A DNA stretch of 64,000 nucleotides, taken from assembly GCF_009914755.1 (NCBI RefSeq), contig NC_060929.1. The stretch is one strand, 5' to 3'. The position numbers and the translations under genes are program-made. The notes beneath the pieces were generated by a model. It was not told the origin of the DNA, made no database searches, and was given only the letters and a program-made list of their open reading frames with translations. Shown here piece after piece: positions 23,776 to 37,200 of the stretch (position 1 is the stretch's first letter; each line of letters opens with the position of its first letter). This DNA comes from the human T2T-CHM13v2.0 reference genome, Homo sapiens.

Positions 23776-25098
23776 ATTTCTCCCAGTTGACATCTGAATT
23801 TTTTAAAATCTGTATTCATGCTATATATTGATTTACTGAGTTTTGAAAAGACTTCCGTGAGGTCACTTCTTTACAAATATTTCCCAATTTCATTTTTCTA
23901 ACTCTAGCTTCAAGCTAACATTTTCAACTCTCTTTTTAAAGTTTCCTTAAAACCAGTAGCGACCCAAATTAACTGTATTTTCTTCTTCATAATAATAATT
24001 CCCAGACCTGAATCCCTACTACTATTACTAGTTGTACCACTCTTTTTCCAATCAGCCAAATTAAATTTTTTTAGTGTCATCTTTGGCTTCTTTCACTTTT
24101 TTGCTATCCCTCATCCCTACCCTTATAGACAATCTTATACACTTTTTACCCACTTCTTCACTTCTGTTAACTCATCCATTGCTCTAACTGCATCACTCAC
24201 CATCTCTTCCTAAAATACTGTAATTAATTCCTAATTGGTTTCCTTGTCTCTGGTATATCCCTATTCCAGTTAGTCTTATACATGTGGAGTTAAGATACAT
24301 CAACCTAGGTTTTACTCCCAGCTTCATCTCATTCTAGTTGTTTCCTTGGGATATTTACTTGAACTCTCTGAACCTATTTCTTTATCTTGAAAATAACTAC
24401 CTCATGGGTTGCTATCATATTTCACTAAAATGATATATTGTTCTAGTCTGTACTTTATTGATTTCATGGTGCAAGAACCCTTCAAGCTAGCTTATGTAAA
24501 GGGGAGATTCTTCTAAGCATGCATTGGAATCTCATGAATACCAAAAGACAGAAACCAAAGAGTAGAAATATAAAATGTGATCAGAATCTGAGACTGAACT
24601 CCTTGCAAAGCTATGTAATCTACGTCTCTGTTTGCATCTCTGATTCTTTCTGTATATCTGCAGCAGCCTCTTCCTTCTAACGGCAGTCTTCTTTTATCCT
24701 CCTATAGAATTCTGTGTAGCTCCTGGTGTCAAATTATCACCCCAAATCTAAATGTGCACATCCTTTTGCTACCACCAACTAGTTCATATTTCCAAGAAAG
24801 GAATCCAATTGGCCTAGCTCATATTTTGACTGGCTACCACGTTATAGTCCCTGGTGAGCACACATGGCTCATGTGCCACCCTTGGCCAGCTTCTGAGGCT
24901 AATAGAGGGAACAGCAGTTATGGACAAGAAAGATTCCATTAGAAGTGAGTATGGACAAGCTGTTAATGATTGGCATATATAGAAATTTTATGTAAAGCAT
25001 TTAGCATAGTGCTAATGAGTGGTAGTTATTATTTTTATATACCGAAAGAAACTAACCAAAGTTATTTTGATGTACTCTTTCCCTCTCTGTCTTTCTTA

Positions 25099-25099
<1 letters not shown>

Positions 25100-25131
<32 letters not shown>
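25100..25131. repeat. (AC)16 microsatellite
   Basis: Seen directly. Confidence 0.95.
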
Positions 25132-25133
<2 letters not shown>

Positions 25134-25709
25134 AAATTCACAAAATAAAGAAATGTGTAGTTAGCAACATGGGCTTGAAGTCATCTAATATGAGTTAAAG
25201 CAATAAATCTGTTATTTAAAACATATGTGATCTTGGACAAATTATATTTTTCCTAACCTTTAGTTTCTTTATTTGTAAATGGGAATGATATTCTGTCAGT
25301 TAAGAATCTTACAGTTTCAAATGGCTAATCAGGCTTATGCTGAAAAGATTACACTGGGGCTACAGGTAGAACTGATTTCAGGCACACCTTTGTCAGAGGC
25401 TAAAATGATGTCAAGTAGACCTGAATTTCCTCTTTTTGTCTGCATCACTTGATTCTGCTTTTACACATCTTCACCCAAACCTCCACATACCCAGCCTTAT
25501 TTGTTCCATTCTGAGTCATGCTTTCCCTTTCATGGGTTTGAATAGTCAAAGCAACTCCTCATGTCTTCCCAGATTCTAATCCAGTAGAGAAGAATGTTCG
25601 CCTTAGTCCTAGAGGTCTCAACAAAAATCTCTTAGCATCTCATTGTTGATTATTCTATCATGTGCCTATTTCTGAATCAATTACTATAGCTGGGAAATTA
25701 AAGGCTCTT

Positions 25710-25778
25710 ATTGGCCAGTGCTGAGTCACGTGCCATTTATCAAGCCAAAGATAGAGGCAGCACGACTAGAGTCACGTG
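25710..25778. promoter_or_regulatory. Motif cluster: reverse CCAAT, ARE/MARE TGCTGAGTCAC and two GTCACGTG E-boxes in an MLT1 LTR
   Basis: ATTGG 25710-25714, TGCTGAGTCAC 25719-25729, GTCACGTG 25725-25732 and 25771-25778. Motif match only. Confidence 0.4.
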
Positions 25779-27499
25779 GAATTAGGGATAAAGGGAGAGG
25801 TGTGTTCATCACAATGGTAATACCAACTTTACATGATTTTCAGAAGGATTAAATCAGTTTTTACATGTATACAAAGTCCTCAAGTTCTGCAGTAAAATCT
25901 GTATTTCAAGTCTTTTCCTCCATTACTTCCCCAGACAGATTCCATATTCTCCCCAATCTATTCTGATGGGTCCTTGACTATACTCCCACCCTTTCTTATG
26001 TGTGTCATGTTGCTTTTGTGATTCCATTGGCCTGAGCACCTTCTACTATTTTTGCTTATGGGATTTTTGTCCTTCATGTACCATCTCAAACACCTTCACC
26101 TCATGAATCTTTCTTAAACTACCTTAGATCCTATCCAAAATCCCACAAAAGATATGGTTGCTGATTCTTTTGAAAGATGATTCACCAATCTTCAGTTCTA
26201 GCTCCCAGCATCAGACATACATTTTAAAAGACATTTTTCTGGCTATCCCAGTGAACTTTCTTTGCTACTTACCACATTCTGCCTTGTATTAATCTTCTGC
26301 ATCAATCTGTATCATAAACTCTGAAGGCTCACAATAAGTATTTCATTGAATTAAACCTAATTTCAACTAAATACACATTATTTATGAAATTTTAAACCCC
26401 TATATTTTACTCAAGACAAAATTTTAACCTTACTTTAATAAGGAATTTTATAAATTCTTGACTCTCATATATCTTAGATATTTAATACTGATCTAGTAAG
26501 CCAAACATATAGCCAATTTTCAGTAATCCACAATACAGATTTCAGTCATATCAGTAAGACCTATTTTGCCCAGGCTTGCTTGCTGTACATTAGGATTTTG
26601 TATTTGACTTTCTGTTAATTAATCCATATTTATTGAATGCTTACTATATTATATTCTACGCATTTTTCAAGGCACGAGAAAGTATCTATTCTCCTTCCAG
26701 CAGGCTTGGAATGAATTCAGTCAATGAAGACGTAAATAAAAAATGTAATGTTAAATAATGGCAATTCTAGTTTTTAGTTGCCAGAATGTATGTTTGTTGG
26801 TTTATGTGTTTTTAAAATCTCTGTGTTGTAAGATTAGTGTTGGAAAACACATTATTGGGGCAGACTTCAAATAAAGAGAAAAAAAAATACTACTTTCTTC
26901 CCAGACAGTGCTATTTCAGCTTCTTTAACTTTCCTACTATGAGCAGGTGGGTTCCTTTAGTTTGCCCTGAAAATCAAGAAGCATTCCTAAAAACTGTTCC
27001 TAAACAATGGTGAGTTTTACTATGTAATAGCAATATTTATGGAAAATTAAACTTCAATTCAGTTTGTTCTATTAGGTGGTTGCAAAAGTGAATAGAATTC
27101 TTTAAATAGTTATTATCATCACTAGTTTAAAATAATGCATTTAATAGAATGTGTATATATCATCACAAATGTACATATTTCTAATCCAGATTTACCATGT
27201 GCTATATTTTTTTAAAATTCAGGTTTTAGTTGAGGTTGATGTATTATTATTTGTGACTTTATGGGAAAGCTGAAAAATTTTAGTTCAATAATAGGATTCC
27301 AACAGTTTCAGAACAGTTACATCATTTAGTAAATCTGGCAAGTATTCTACTAAAATAGGGAAAAATCAAGAGTTTACTATTATTTACATCACCAATTTTA
27401 ACTTAGATAAGTATACATTACATTACTAAACTCTCAAAGCTGAATAAATTCCACTATAGATGGTGACGTTTATATTGTTCATTCTCCAGATGGCCTCTC

Positions 27500-28440
<941 letters not shown>

Positions 28441-28739
28441 TACATTTTTTTACTCTTCAATAGCAGAAATAAACAGTTGAAAACTCACTTAAGTATACAA
28501 TATAATGTTAGATAATGACAAGTCTGCTTGGTTTTAATTGTCAAAAAGTTTTCTTCTTCTTTTAGCAATCTCTGTGTTGCAGGCTAAAGACTTCAAATAA
28601 ACTTAGGGGAAAAGTCATAATTTAACCACTTCCTTAGTGATCTGAGAAAATGCCTTTTCAGGATCTTAATTTTTTTATTCTTTGTAAGTAAGTGGGAAAA
28701 AAGCCAAGTGCACAACAAAGTGTGACACACACACACACA

Positions 28740-31580
28740 CACACGTTTGCAGAAAAACCATGGGAATGATAAGCCAGAAAATAATTAAGTTGCTTATTTT
28801 TATAAGGAATAGCAGCATAGAGAAGAGGTAGAAGTGATAGGGAGGCAATGATACCTGAGTTTATCTTTTTTTGTAGTTTTGTCTTTTAAAAATGTATTCC
28901 TGTTCTAAATATTTTAGAAATTAACAAGCATGGAAAGGAAAGAGAAACTAAAACTGAATGTAAGTAGAAACAAATAAATCCAAGTTTGTTTCAAATAAGT
29001 AATGTTACACTGCTGGGAGGTAAAAGAAAAAATTTGATTATGTTATTCCACAAGGGATGTGGAAAGAACAGTAAACAAATCTTGAACTTTTCTCAGTAGG
29101 CTTTGTCTTTTTTTTTTTTGTAGTACTATAGACATACTAATTATAAAACTATTTTATGTATATGGTAAAGTTTAGTTAGTTAATAATACATGTGTTGATG
29201 TTGTAGGGAGCCAAGGTTCTCATTATAGAAGAAAGGAGATAAAAATGTGGAATGAGGGAAGATGAGGAAAAACTTTTGGGAATGGATTGGTATATGTGGA
29301 TGGATTGGGTTTGAATGAACTTAATGATTTCTTAGGCATATCCTACCTCTGACTGCTGAAGGGACTTAAAAGCAAAGAATCAGTGGCAATGAGTACATTT
29401 AGCACCCAGATCTTGGTTTCTAACACCATTTCCCTCTGAAAGGAACCAGGGTAATTTGAAGAAATGACTGATTCCCAAGACCAGACCACCTGTTCTACAA
29501 AAAAAGAAAGGGGGGTGGGGAGAGGGCGGAAGAGTGCTCCTGAAAATGATGGTGGCACATCAAGACAACCTAGAAGCCATCTTGAAAGGGCCTCTCCTCC
29601 ACTGTTAAATCTGGAATTACTTGGGTTTCAGATAATTGAGAACACACAACTCAAGAATAAAAAGATAATGCAATTTTTAAATTGGCAAAGCATTTGAATA
29701 GACATTTCTCTGAAAAAGATATGCAAATGGACAATAAGCACATGAAAAATGCTCAGCATCATTAGCGATCAGGGAAATGCGAATCAAAACCATAATGAGA
29801 TATTATTTCACACCCAGTAGGATGACTATAATTTTTTTTTAAGGTAACAGAGGAACCAACAAGTATGGGCAAGGACGTGGAGAAATTGGAAAGCTCATAC
29901 ATTACTGATGGTATTGTAAAATGGTACAACTGCTTTGGAAAAAAAGTTTAACAGTTCCTCAAAAACTTCAACATAAAATTATCATATGACCCAGCAGTTA
30001 CACTCCTAGATATATACCAAGAGAATTGAAAGCAAGTGTTTAAAAAAAAAAAAACTTGTACACAAATATTCACAGCAGCATTATTCACAATAAACAAAAA
30101 AGGGAAACAACCCAGACAAAACAGCCTAAACAAACTGTGATGTATTCGTACAGTGAAATATTATTCAGCCATGAAAAGGAATAAAGTACTGATTCATGCT
30201 ACAACATGGATGAAGCTTAAAAACATTACTCTACATGAAAGAAGCCAGAATACAAAAGACCATGAATTATATGATTCCATTTATATGGAATGTCCAAAAT
30301 AGGCAGATCCAAATTTGTAGAGAAAGAAGGAAAGTAAGTATTTGCCAGGGAATGCAGAAAAATGAGAAGTGGGACTGATTGCTAATGGTATTTTTGCTAA
30401 CAGGTAGTGTTTTTTTTTAAGGGGTGGTGGAAATTTTCTGGAATTATAGTGGTGACGGTTTTACAACATTGTGATTATACTAAAAATCATTGAATTACAC
30501 CCTTTAAAATGGTGAGTTTCATGTTACGTGAATTTTATCTTGATAAAAAGTGCAAAAAACAATCATTGAAACCAATAAAAAAAATTTGAACTATTGGGTA
30601 GAAAAATAGGAATTCATGAATCCATGAGGATCTGAATGAATGAATGAATACTTAGAAGAGAAGGAAAGTCTCCTTACAGTAAGATAACAAACAATAAATG
30701 TGAAGAGAGTGGTGGAATTGGAAAATCACCATTGTCATAGTAAAGATTAGTTTGGGCAAAAATGATCAATAGATACTAAATCTAGAGGGAATGCTGGATG
30801 AAGAACAGTATATTGGCATGATCACAAACTGTCTCCCCACTAATTGCTTATTAGTTGCACACTGATCTGTAATAGAGAAACCGTAAAACACCTTGACTGA
30901 CTGATCAGAATTAACATCCACAATGAGAAGCGTATGGACACCATATGTCTCTTAACAGTACCCTGAGAAGAACATACAATCACTTGTGTGTTCTGCCTAG
31001 GGCTGCATAACCTGACTCTAATCATGAGACAGCATGAGACAAACCAAATTAAGGAATATTTTATTAGAAAAACAACTGTCTTGTATTCTTCAATAATGTC
31101 CATGTTGTGAAATAAAAAGAAAGGCTTAGGAGTCTACAGAGACATCAAAACTAAATGGCAATACATGCTCCTGGACTGGATCCTGGAACAAAGGAAAAAA
31201 TAATACTAAAAAGGACATGGTTGGGGAACTTGACACAATGAAATATGGATGGTGTAGTAAAGTATTGCATCACTATGAAATTTTCTGAACTTGATATACC
31301 TGAATTTGAAATACTATAGTTACTTAAGAGATTATTCTTGTTCTTATGAAACACAAACTAAAGTATTAAGGAGTAAAGGGCCATAATATATGCAACCTAG
31401 TCTCAAATGATTGAGAAAAAAATTAATATATATTTATGCACTGGGAGAGAGAATAATAAAACATGTGGCAAAATGTTAAGAACTGGTGAATTTAGGTAGA
31501 AAGATATGAGTTTTTAATATTATTCTTTAACTTTTCTGTAAGTTTAAAATTATTTCAAAATAGAAATATTAAAATTAGTT
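28740..31580 (+). mobile_element. L1MC (L1MC4-like) 3' region with nested L1MB 3' end (~29645-30550)
   Basis: L1MC motifs (agcacccagatcttggtttctaacaccatt, aaaccaaattaaggaatatt). L1MB block from aaaagatatgcaaatggacaataagcacatg to gtgaattttatcttgataaa. Confidence 0.8.
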
Positions 31581-31589
31581 TTTAAAACT

Positions 31590-32500
31590 TATTTAAATTG
31601 ATAAACTCTTTTTTTTACATTTTTCTTTTTTATCTTATAAAATATTTTAAACATACAGAAAGGTAAAGGGACTTAACCCATTTTTTTACCCAACTAATCT
31701 TAATTTTTTTTACATTTTTTAAAGTAAATCTAAACTTTACAAATATAGCTTAAGTCCCCTGTATACTTTCCAATTTTATTTCTCCCCCTTCCCAAAACTA
31801 CTCACGACTCAGAAGTATGTTTCCTTCCTGTACATGTTTTTAATCCTTTATTGCATGTGTATATAGCCACTAAAAATAATAATATTGCTACTATGCCACT
31901 CTATAAAAGTGGTATCAAATGGTATGTATCCAATTACACCTTGTTTTTTTATCATTATGCTTTTGACATTTGTCAATGTTTTTATGTGTAGTACATATTT
32001 ATTTTAAATGATTTATAGTAGTCATTGAATGCATATTCCAGCTTTTCTCCTGTTCATGGACATTAGGTTCCTTTTATATATTTCCTATTTTAAACATTTT
32101 GCAGAAAGCATCCTTGTACACTTCTGTGTACACAAACAAGAGTTTCTTTAGGGTACGTCTTTAACTGGAATAGCTGGGTGTGGGTAGTTATCGTGATTAT
32201 GATACATAATGTTTACTAACTCTCCTAAGTGATTTATATGTATTAATTTATTTAATCTTTAAAACAATAAGTAAACACTATTATTATTAACATTTTACTG
32301 TTGAAGAAACTGAGATTATTCTTGTTCTTAGGGTGGTTAAATAATTTGTCCAAAATCCCACAGGTAGAAAATGTCAGAGCCCTGATTCAACAGATGTAAC
32401 AAACCTGTAGAGTGTATGCACACCTTCAACTCCTCCAGATATTGCCATTTTGTTTTCCAAAGTGGTTATTACCAATTTATAATCTCAATGGCCAATAGGA
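31590..32500 (-). mobile_element. L1ME-like 3' fragment with nested MIR (~32190-32390)
   Basis: aaatattttaaacatacagaaa; MIR core attttactgttgaagaaactgag. Confidence 0.55.
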
Positions 32501-32594
32501 CTTTTTTTTTTTAATTCTTAACTTGTAAAATTAAAAAGCAACTCATCCATTAAATTTTGTTTGGGATGTTTACAGACCTCTAAAATCTAAAAGT

Positions 32595-32720
32595 CTGAAA
32601 ACCACTTCCTTACATGGCACTGTTTAGAGGAACATGGTTTATAGAATCATAAGGCTGAAATCACCACTTCCTTACTTGACATTGTTTAGAAGAACATGCT
32701 TTTACAGGATTATAGGGCTG
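32595..32720. repeat. Diverged ~60-bp tandem duplication (2 copies)
   Basis: CTGAAA..ACCACTTCCTTAC..TGTTTAGA.GAACATG.TTT..ATA.GGCTG starting at 32595 and at 32655. Confidence 0.9.
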
Positions 32721-33230
32721 GGATCCTTGGTCTTTAAAATGCCCAGCTATAGGAGGTTTTCATGAATTCCTCTGGATCCAAACAGTTCAATCAACCATCC
32801 AGGCTTTATAACCTTTCATTGTTCTTGTCTCTTCTTCACCTCTTCCCCAATCTGCCATTCCCAATTCTTTACTCTGTCAGTATTGCTATATTCAGCCAAT
32901 TGGCAAGTCTTATTTACTCACCCATTGTAGAATCTCTCATCTGTCCTATTCTAGTTCCAGGTTTGTATCACATCCTTTTTTGACAGTATAATAAAAAACC
33001 TAAACTGATCTTTTTCTCTGAAATCTCCCAGAAGTGATTCATCTATACACTGCTACTTAAGTGATCTTCTTAATATAGTTATTTTATTATTCCTCTTTTC
33101 ACAAACCTTTAGAACTGTCTTATTGTATATTAAATTAAGTGTAAAATTATCTAATCATCTATGATTTTTCTCCATAATCTTGCTTTCAAGTTGTTGACCA
33201 TCTTATCCTCTATTACTGCCTGTATTCTAT

Positions 33231-33342
33231 CAGTGGAACACAGATAGATCTTGGGTAAAATGGAAGATTTTTCAACTCTTACATTTTCAGATGGTGCTGA
33301 TACTGCAGATCCAGTCTGGGTAACACACTCTGAGAATTGCTG
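33231..33342. mobile_element. MER5-like hAT MITE
   Basis: cagatggtgctgatactgcag..cacactctgagaattgctg|ctctag end. Confidence 0.5.
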
Positions 33343-33575
33343 CTCTAGTTGATCTGTAGGAGCTGGCATAGGGTCTTATAAATTAGCTGATCATGATATA
33401 TATTTAATAGAATTAAATCCCATTTCTTAAGGTTTAGAGAAACTGACTTTCCACACTATTCAATCCAGAAGAGATAGTTACTTTTAGTTTTGAAAAAAGT
33501 TTTAAACTTGCAGAAAACAGTACAATGAACTCATATATCTTTTACCTCGATTTGCCAGTCATTTACATTTTTTAA

Positions 33576-33933
<358 letters not shown>

Positions 33934-34234
33934 ACATGCATACATTTTTCTCTTGAACTATTTGAAGGTACCTTAGTGATACCAGGTCTTTACCCTAAAT
34001 ACCTATGTGTATATTTCCTAAAGAAGGACTTTCTCTTATATAAACATTGATTGACACTGTTAAGTAATTTACAAAGTCCAAATTTTGTCTTTTATTCTAA
34101 TAATGTCCTTCATAGCTGTTATTTTTTCCCATTCCAGGATTCAATCCAAGATAATGCAGAAAGTATAGTTATAGAGAGATGTTTTGAGATTATGTAAATA
34201 TATCATTCCTTATCAAGCTTTCACCCTTAGTTTT

Positions 34235-37200
34235 TTTGTTTTGTTTTGTTTTGTTTGTATTATACTTTAAGTTCTGGGATACATGTGCAGAACGTGCAGG
34301 TTTGTTACATAGGTATACATGTGCCACCATCGTTTGCTGCACCTATCAACCCATCGTCTACATTAGGCATTTCTCCTAATGCTATTTCTCCCCTAGAACC
34401 CCACTTCCCAACAGACCCTGGTGTGTGATGTTCCCTTCCCTGTGTCCATGTGTTCTCATTGTTCAACTCCCACTTATGAGTGAGAACATGTGGTGTTTGG
34501 TTTTCTGTTCCTGTGTTAGTTTGCTGAGAATTATGGTTTCCAGCTTCATCCATGTCCCTGCAAAGGACATGAGTTCATCCTTTTCTATGGCTGCATAGTA
34601 TTCCATGGTGTATATGTGCCACATTTTCTTTATCCAGTCTATCATTGATGAGCGTTTGGGTTGGTTCCAAGTCTTTGCTATTGTGAATAGTGCTGCAGTA
34701 AACATAGGTGTGCATATGTCTTTATAGTAGAATGATTTATAATCTGTTGGGTATATACCCAGTAATGGGATTGCTGGGTCAAATGGTATTTCTGGTTCTA
34801 GATCCTTCAGGAATCACCACACTGTCTTCCACAATGGTTGAACTAATCTACACTCCCACCAACAGTGTAAAAGCATTCGTAATTCTCCACATCCTCTCCA
34901 GCATCTGTTGTTTCCTGACTTTTTAATCATCACCATTCTAACTGGCGTGAGATAGTGTCTCACTGTGGTTTTGATTTGCATTTCTCTAATGACCAGTGAT
35001 GATGAGCTTTTTTTCATATGTTTGTTGTCTGCATAAATGTCTTCTTTTGAGAAGTATCTGTTCATATCCTTTTCCCACTTTTTGATGAGGTCATTTGGTT
35101 TTTTCTTGTAGATTTATTTAAGTTCCTTGTAGATTCTGGATATTAGCCCATTGTCAAATGGATAGATTGCAAAAATTCTCTCCCATTCTGTAGGTTGCCT
35201 GTTCACTCTGATGGTAGTTTCTTTTGCTGTGCAGAAGCTCTTTAGTTTAATTAGATCTGATTTGTCAATTTTGGCTTTCGTTGCCATTGCTTTTCATGTT
35301 TTAGTCATGAAGTCTTTGCCCATGCCTATGTCCTGAATGGTAATGCCTAGGTTTTCTTCTAGGGTTTTATGGTCCTAGGTTTTACGTTTAAGTCTTTAAT
35401 CCATCTTGAGTTAATTCTTGTGTAAGATGTAAGGAAGGGGTCCAGTTTCAGTTTCCTGCTTATGGCTAGCCAGTTTTCCCAACACCATTTATTAAATAGG
35501 GAATCCTTTCCCCATTGCTTGTTTTCATCAGGTTTATCAAAAATCAGATGGTTGTAGATGTGTGACATTATTTCTGAGGCCTCTGTCCTATTCCATTGGT
35601 CTGTATGTCTGTTTTGGTACCAGTACCATGCTGTGTTGGTTACTGTAGCCTTGTAGTATAGTTTGAAGTCAGGTAGCATGATGGCTCCAGCTTTGTTCTT
35701 TTTGCTTAGGATTGTCTTGGCTATACAGCCTCTTCTTTGGTCCCATATGAAATTTAAGGTAGTTTTTTCTATTTCTGTGAAGCAAATCAATGGTAGCTTG
35801 ATGGGGATAGCATTGAATCTATAAATTACTTTGGGCAGTATGGCCATTTTCATGATACTGATTCTTCCTATCCATGAGCATGGAATGTTTTTGCGTTTGT
35901 GTCCTCTCTTACTTCCTTGAGCAGTGGCTTATAGTCCTCCTTCAAGAGGTCCTTCACATCCCTTGTGAGTTGTATTCCTAGGTATTTTATTCTCTTTGTA
36001 GCAATTGTGAATGGGAGTTCACTCATGATTTGGCTCTCTGTTTGTCTATTATTGATGTATAGTAATACTTGTGATTTTTGCACATTTATTTTGTATCCTG
36101 AGACTTTCCTGAAGTTGCTTATCAGCTTAAGGAGATTTTGGGCTGAGATGATGTGGTTTTCTAAATATACAATCATGTCATCTACAAACAGGGACAATTT
36201 GACTTCCTCTCTTCCTATTTGAATACCCTTTATTTATTTCTCTTGCCTGATTGCCCTGGCCAGAACTTCCAATATTATGTTGAATAGGAATGATGAGAGA
36301 GGGCATCCTTGTCTTGTGCTGGTTTTCAAAGGGAATGCTTCCAGCTTTTGCCCAGTCAGTATGATATTAGCTGTGTGTTTGTTGTAAGTAGCTGTTATTA
36401 TTTTGAGATACGTTCCATCAATACCTAGTCTACTGAGAGTTTTTAGCATGAAGGGCTATTGAATTTTATCGAAGGCCTTTTCTGCATCTATTGAGATAAT
36501 CATGTGGTTTTTGTCATTGGTTCTGTTTATGTGATGGATTACGTTTATTGATTCGCCTATGTTGAACCAGCCATGCATCCCAGGGATTTAGCTGACTTGA
36601 TCGTGGTGGATAAGCTTTTTGATGTGCTGCTGGATTTGGTTTGCCAGTATCTTATTGAGGATTTTCACATCAATGTTCATCAGGGATATTGGCCTGAAAT
36701 TTTCTTTTTCTGTTGTGTCTCTGCAGGTTTTGGTATCAGGATGATGCTGGCCTGATAAAATGAGTTAGGGAGGAGTCCTTCTTTTTCTATTTTGTGGAAT
36801 AGTTTCAGAAGGAATGGTACCACCTCGTCTTTGTAGCTCTGGTAGAATTCGGCTGTGAATCCTTCTGGTCCTGGCCTTTTTTTGGTTGGTACGCTATTAA
36901 TTACTGCCTTAAATTCAGAACTTGTTATTGGTCTATTCAGGGATTTGACTTCTTTCTGGTTTAGTCTTTGGAGGGTGTATGTGTCCAGGAATTTATCTAT
37001 TTCTTCTAGATTTTCTAGTTTATTTGCATAGAGGTATTTATATTATTCTCTGATGGTAGTTTGTATTTCTGTGCAACCAGTAACGATATCCCCTTTATCA
37101 TTTTTTATTGTGTCTATTTGATTCTTCTCTTTTTTCTTCTTTATTAGTCTGGCTAGTGGTCTATTTTGTTGATATTTTCAAAAAAATCCAGCTCCTGGAT

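Larger units (their letters stand above)
24000..26350. mobile_element. Mosaic of L2, MIR and two old MLT1 LTRs (~24440-24960, ~25290-25810), each apparently splitting a MIR
   Basis: L2 motif (cctaattggtttccttgtctc); MIR cores (ctctctgaacctatttctttatct; tagtttctttatttgtaaatggga) that resume after the LTR-like blocks (caagaacccttcaagctagctta; attggccagtgctgagtcacgtgcc). Confidence 0.55.

Noticed and set aside
27448-27470. CCACTATAGATGGTGAC as a CTCF site
   Set aside because: A two-base insertion breaks the core spacing.
29510-29530. G-rich run as a G-quadruplex
   Set aside because: Only three clear G-runs, inside a decayed L1MC. Marginal.
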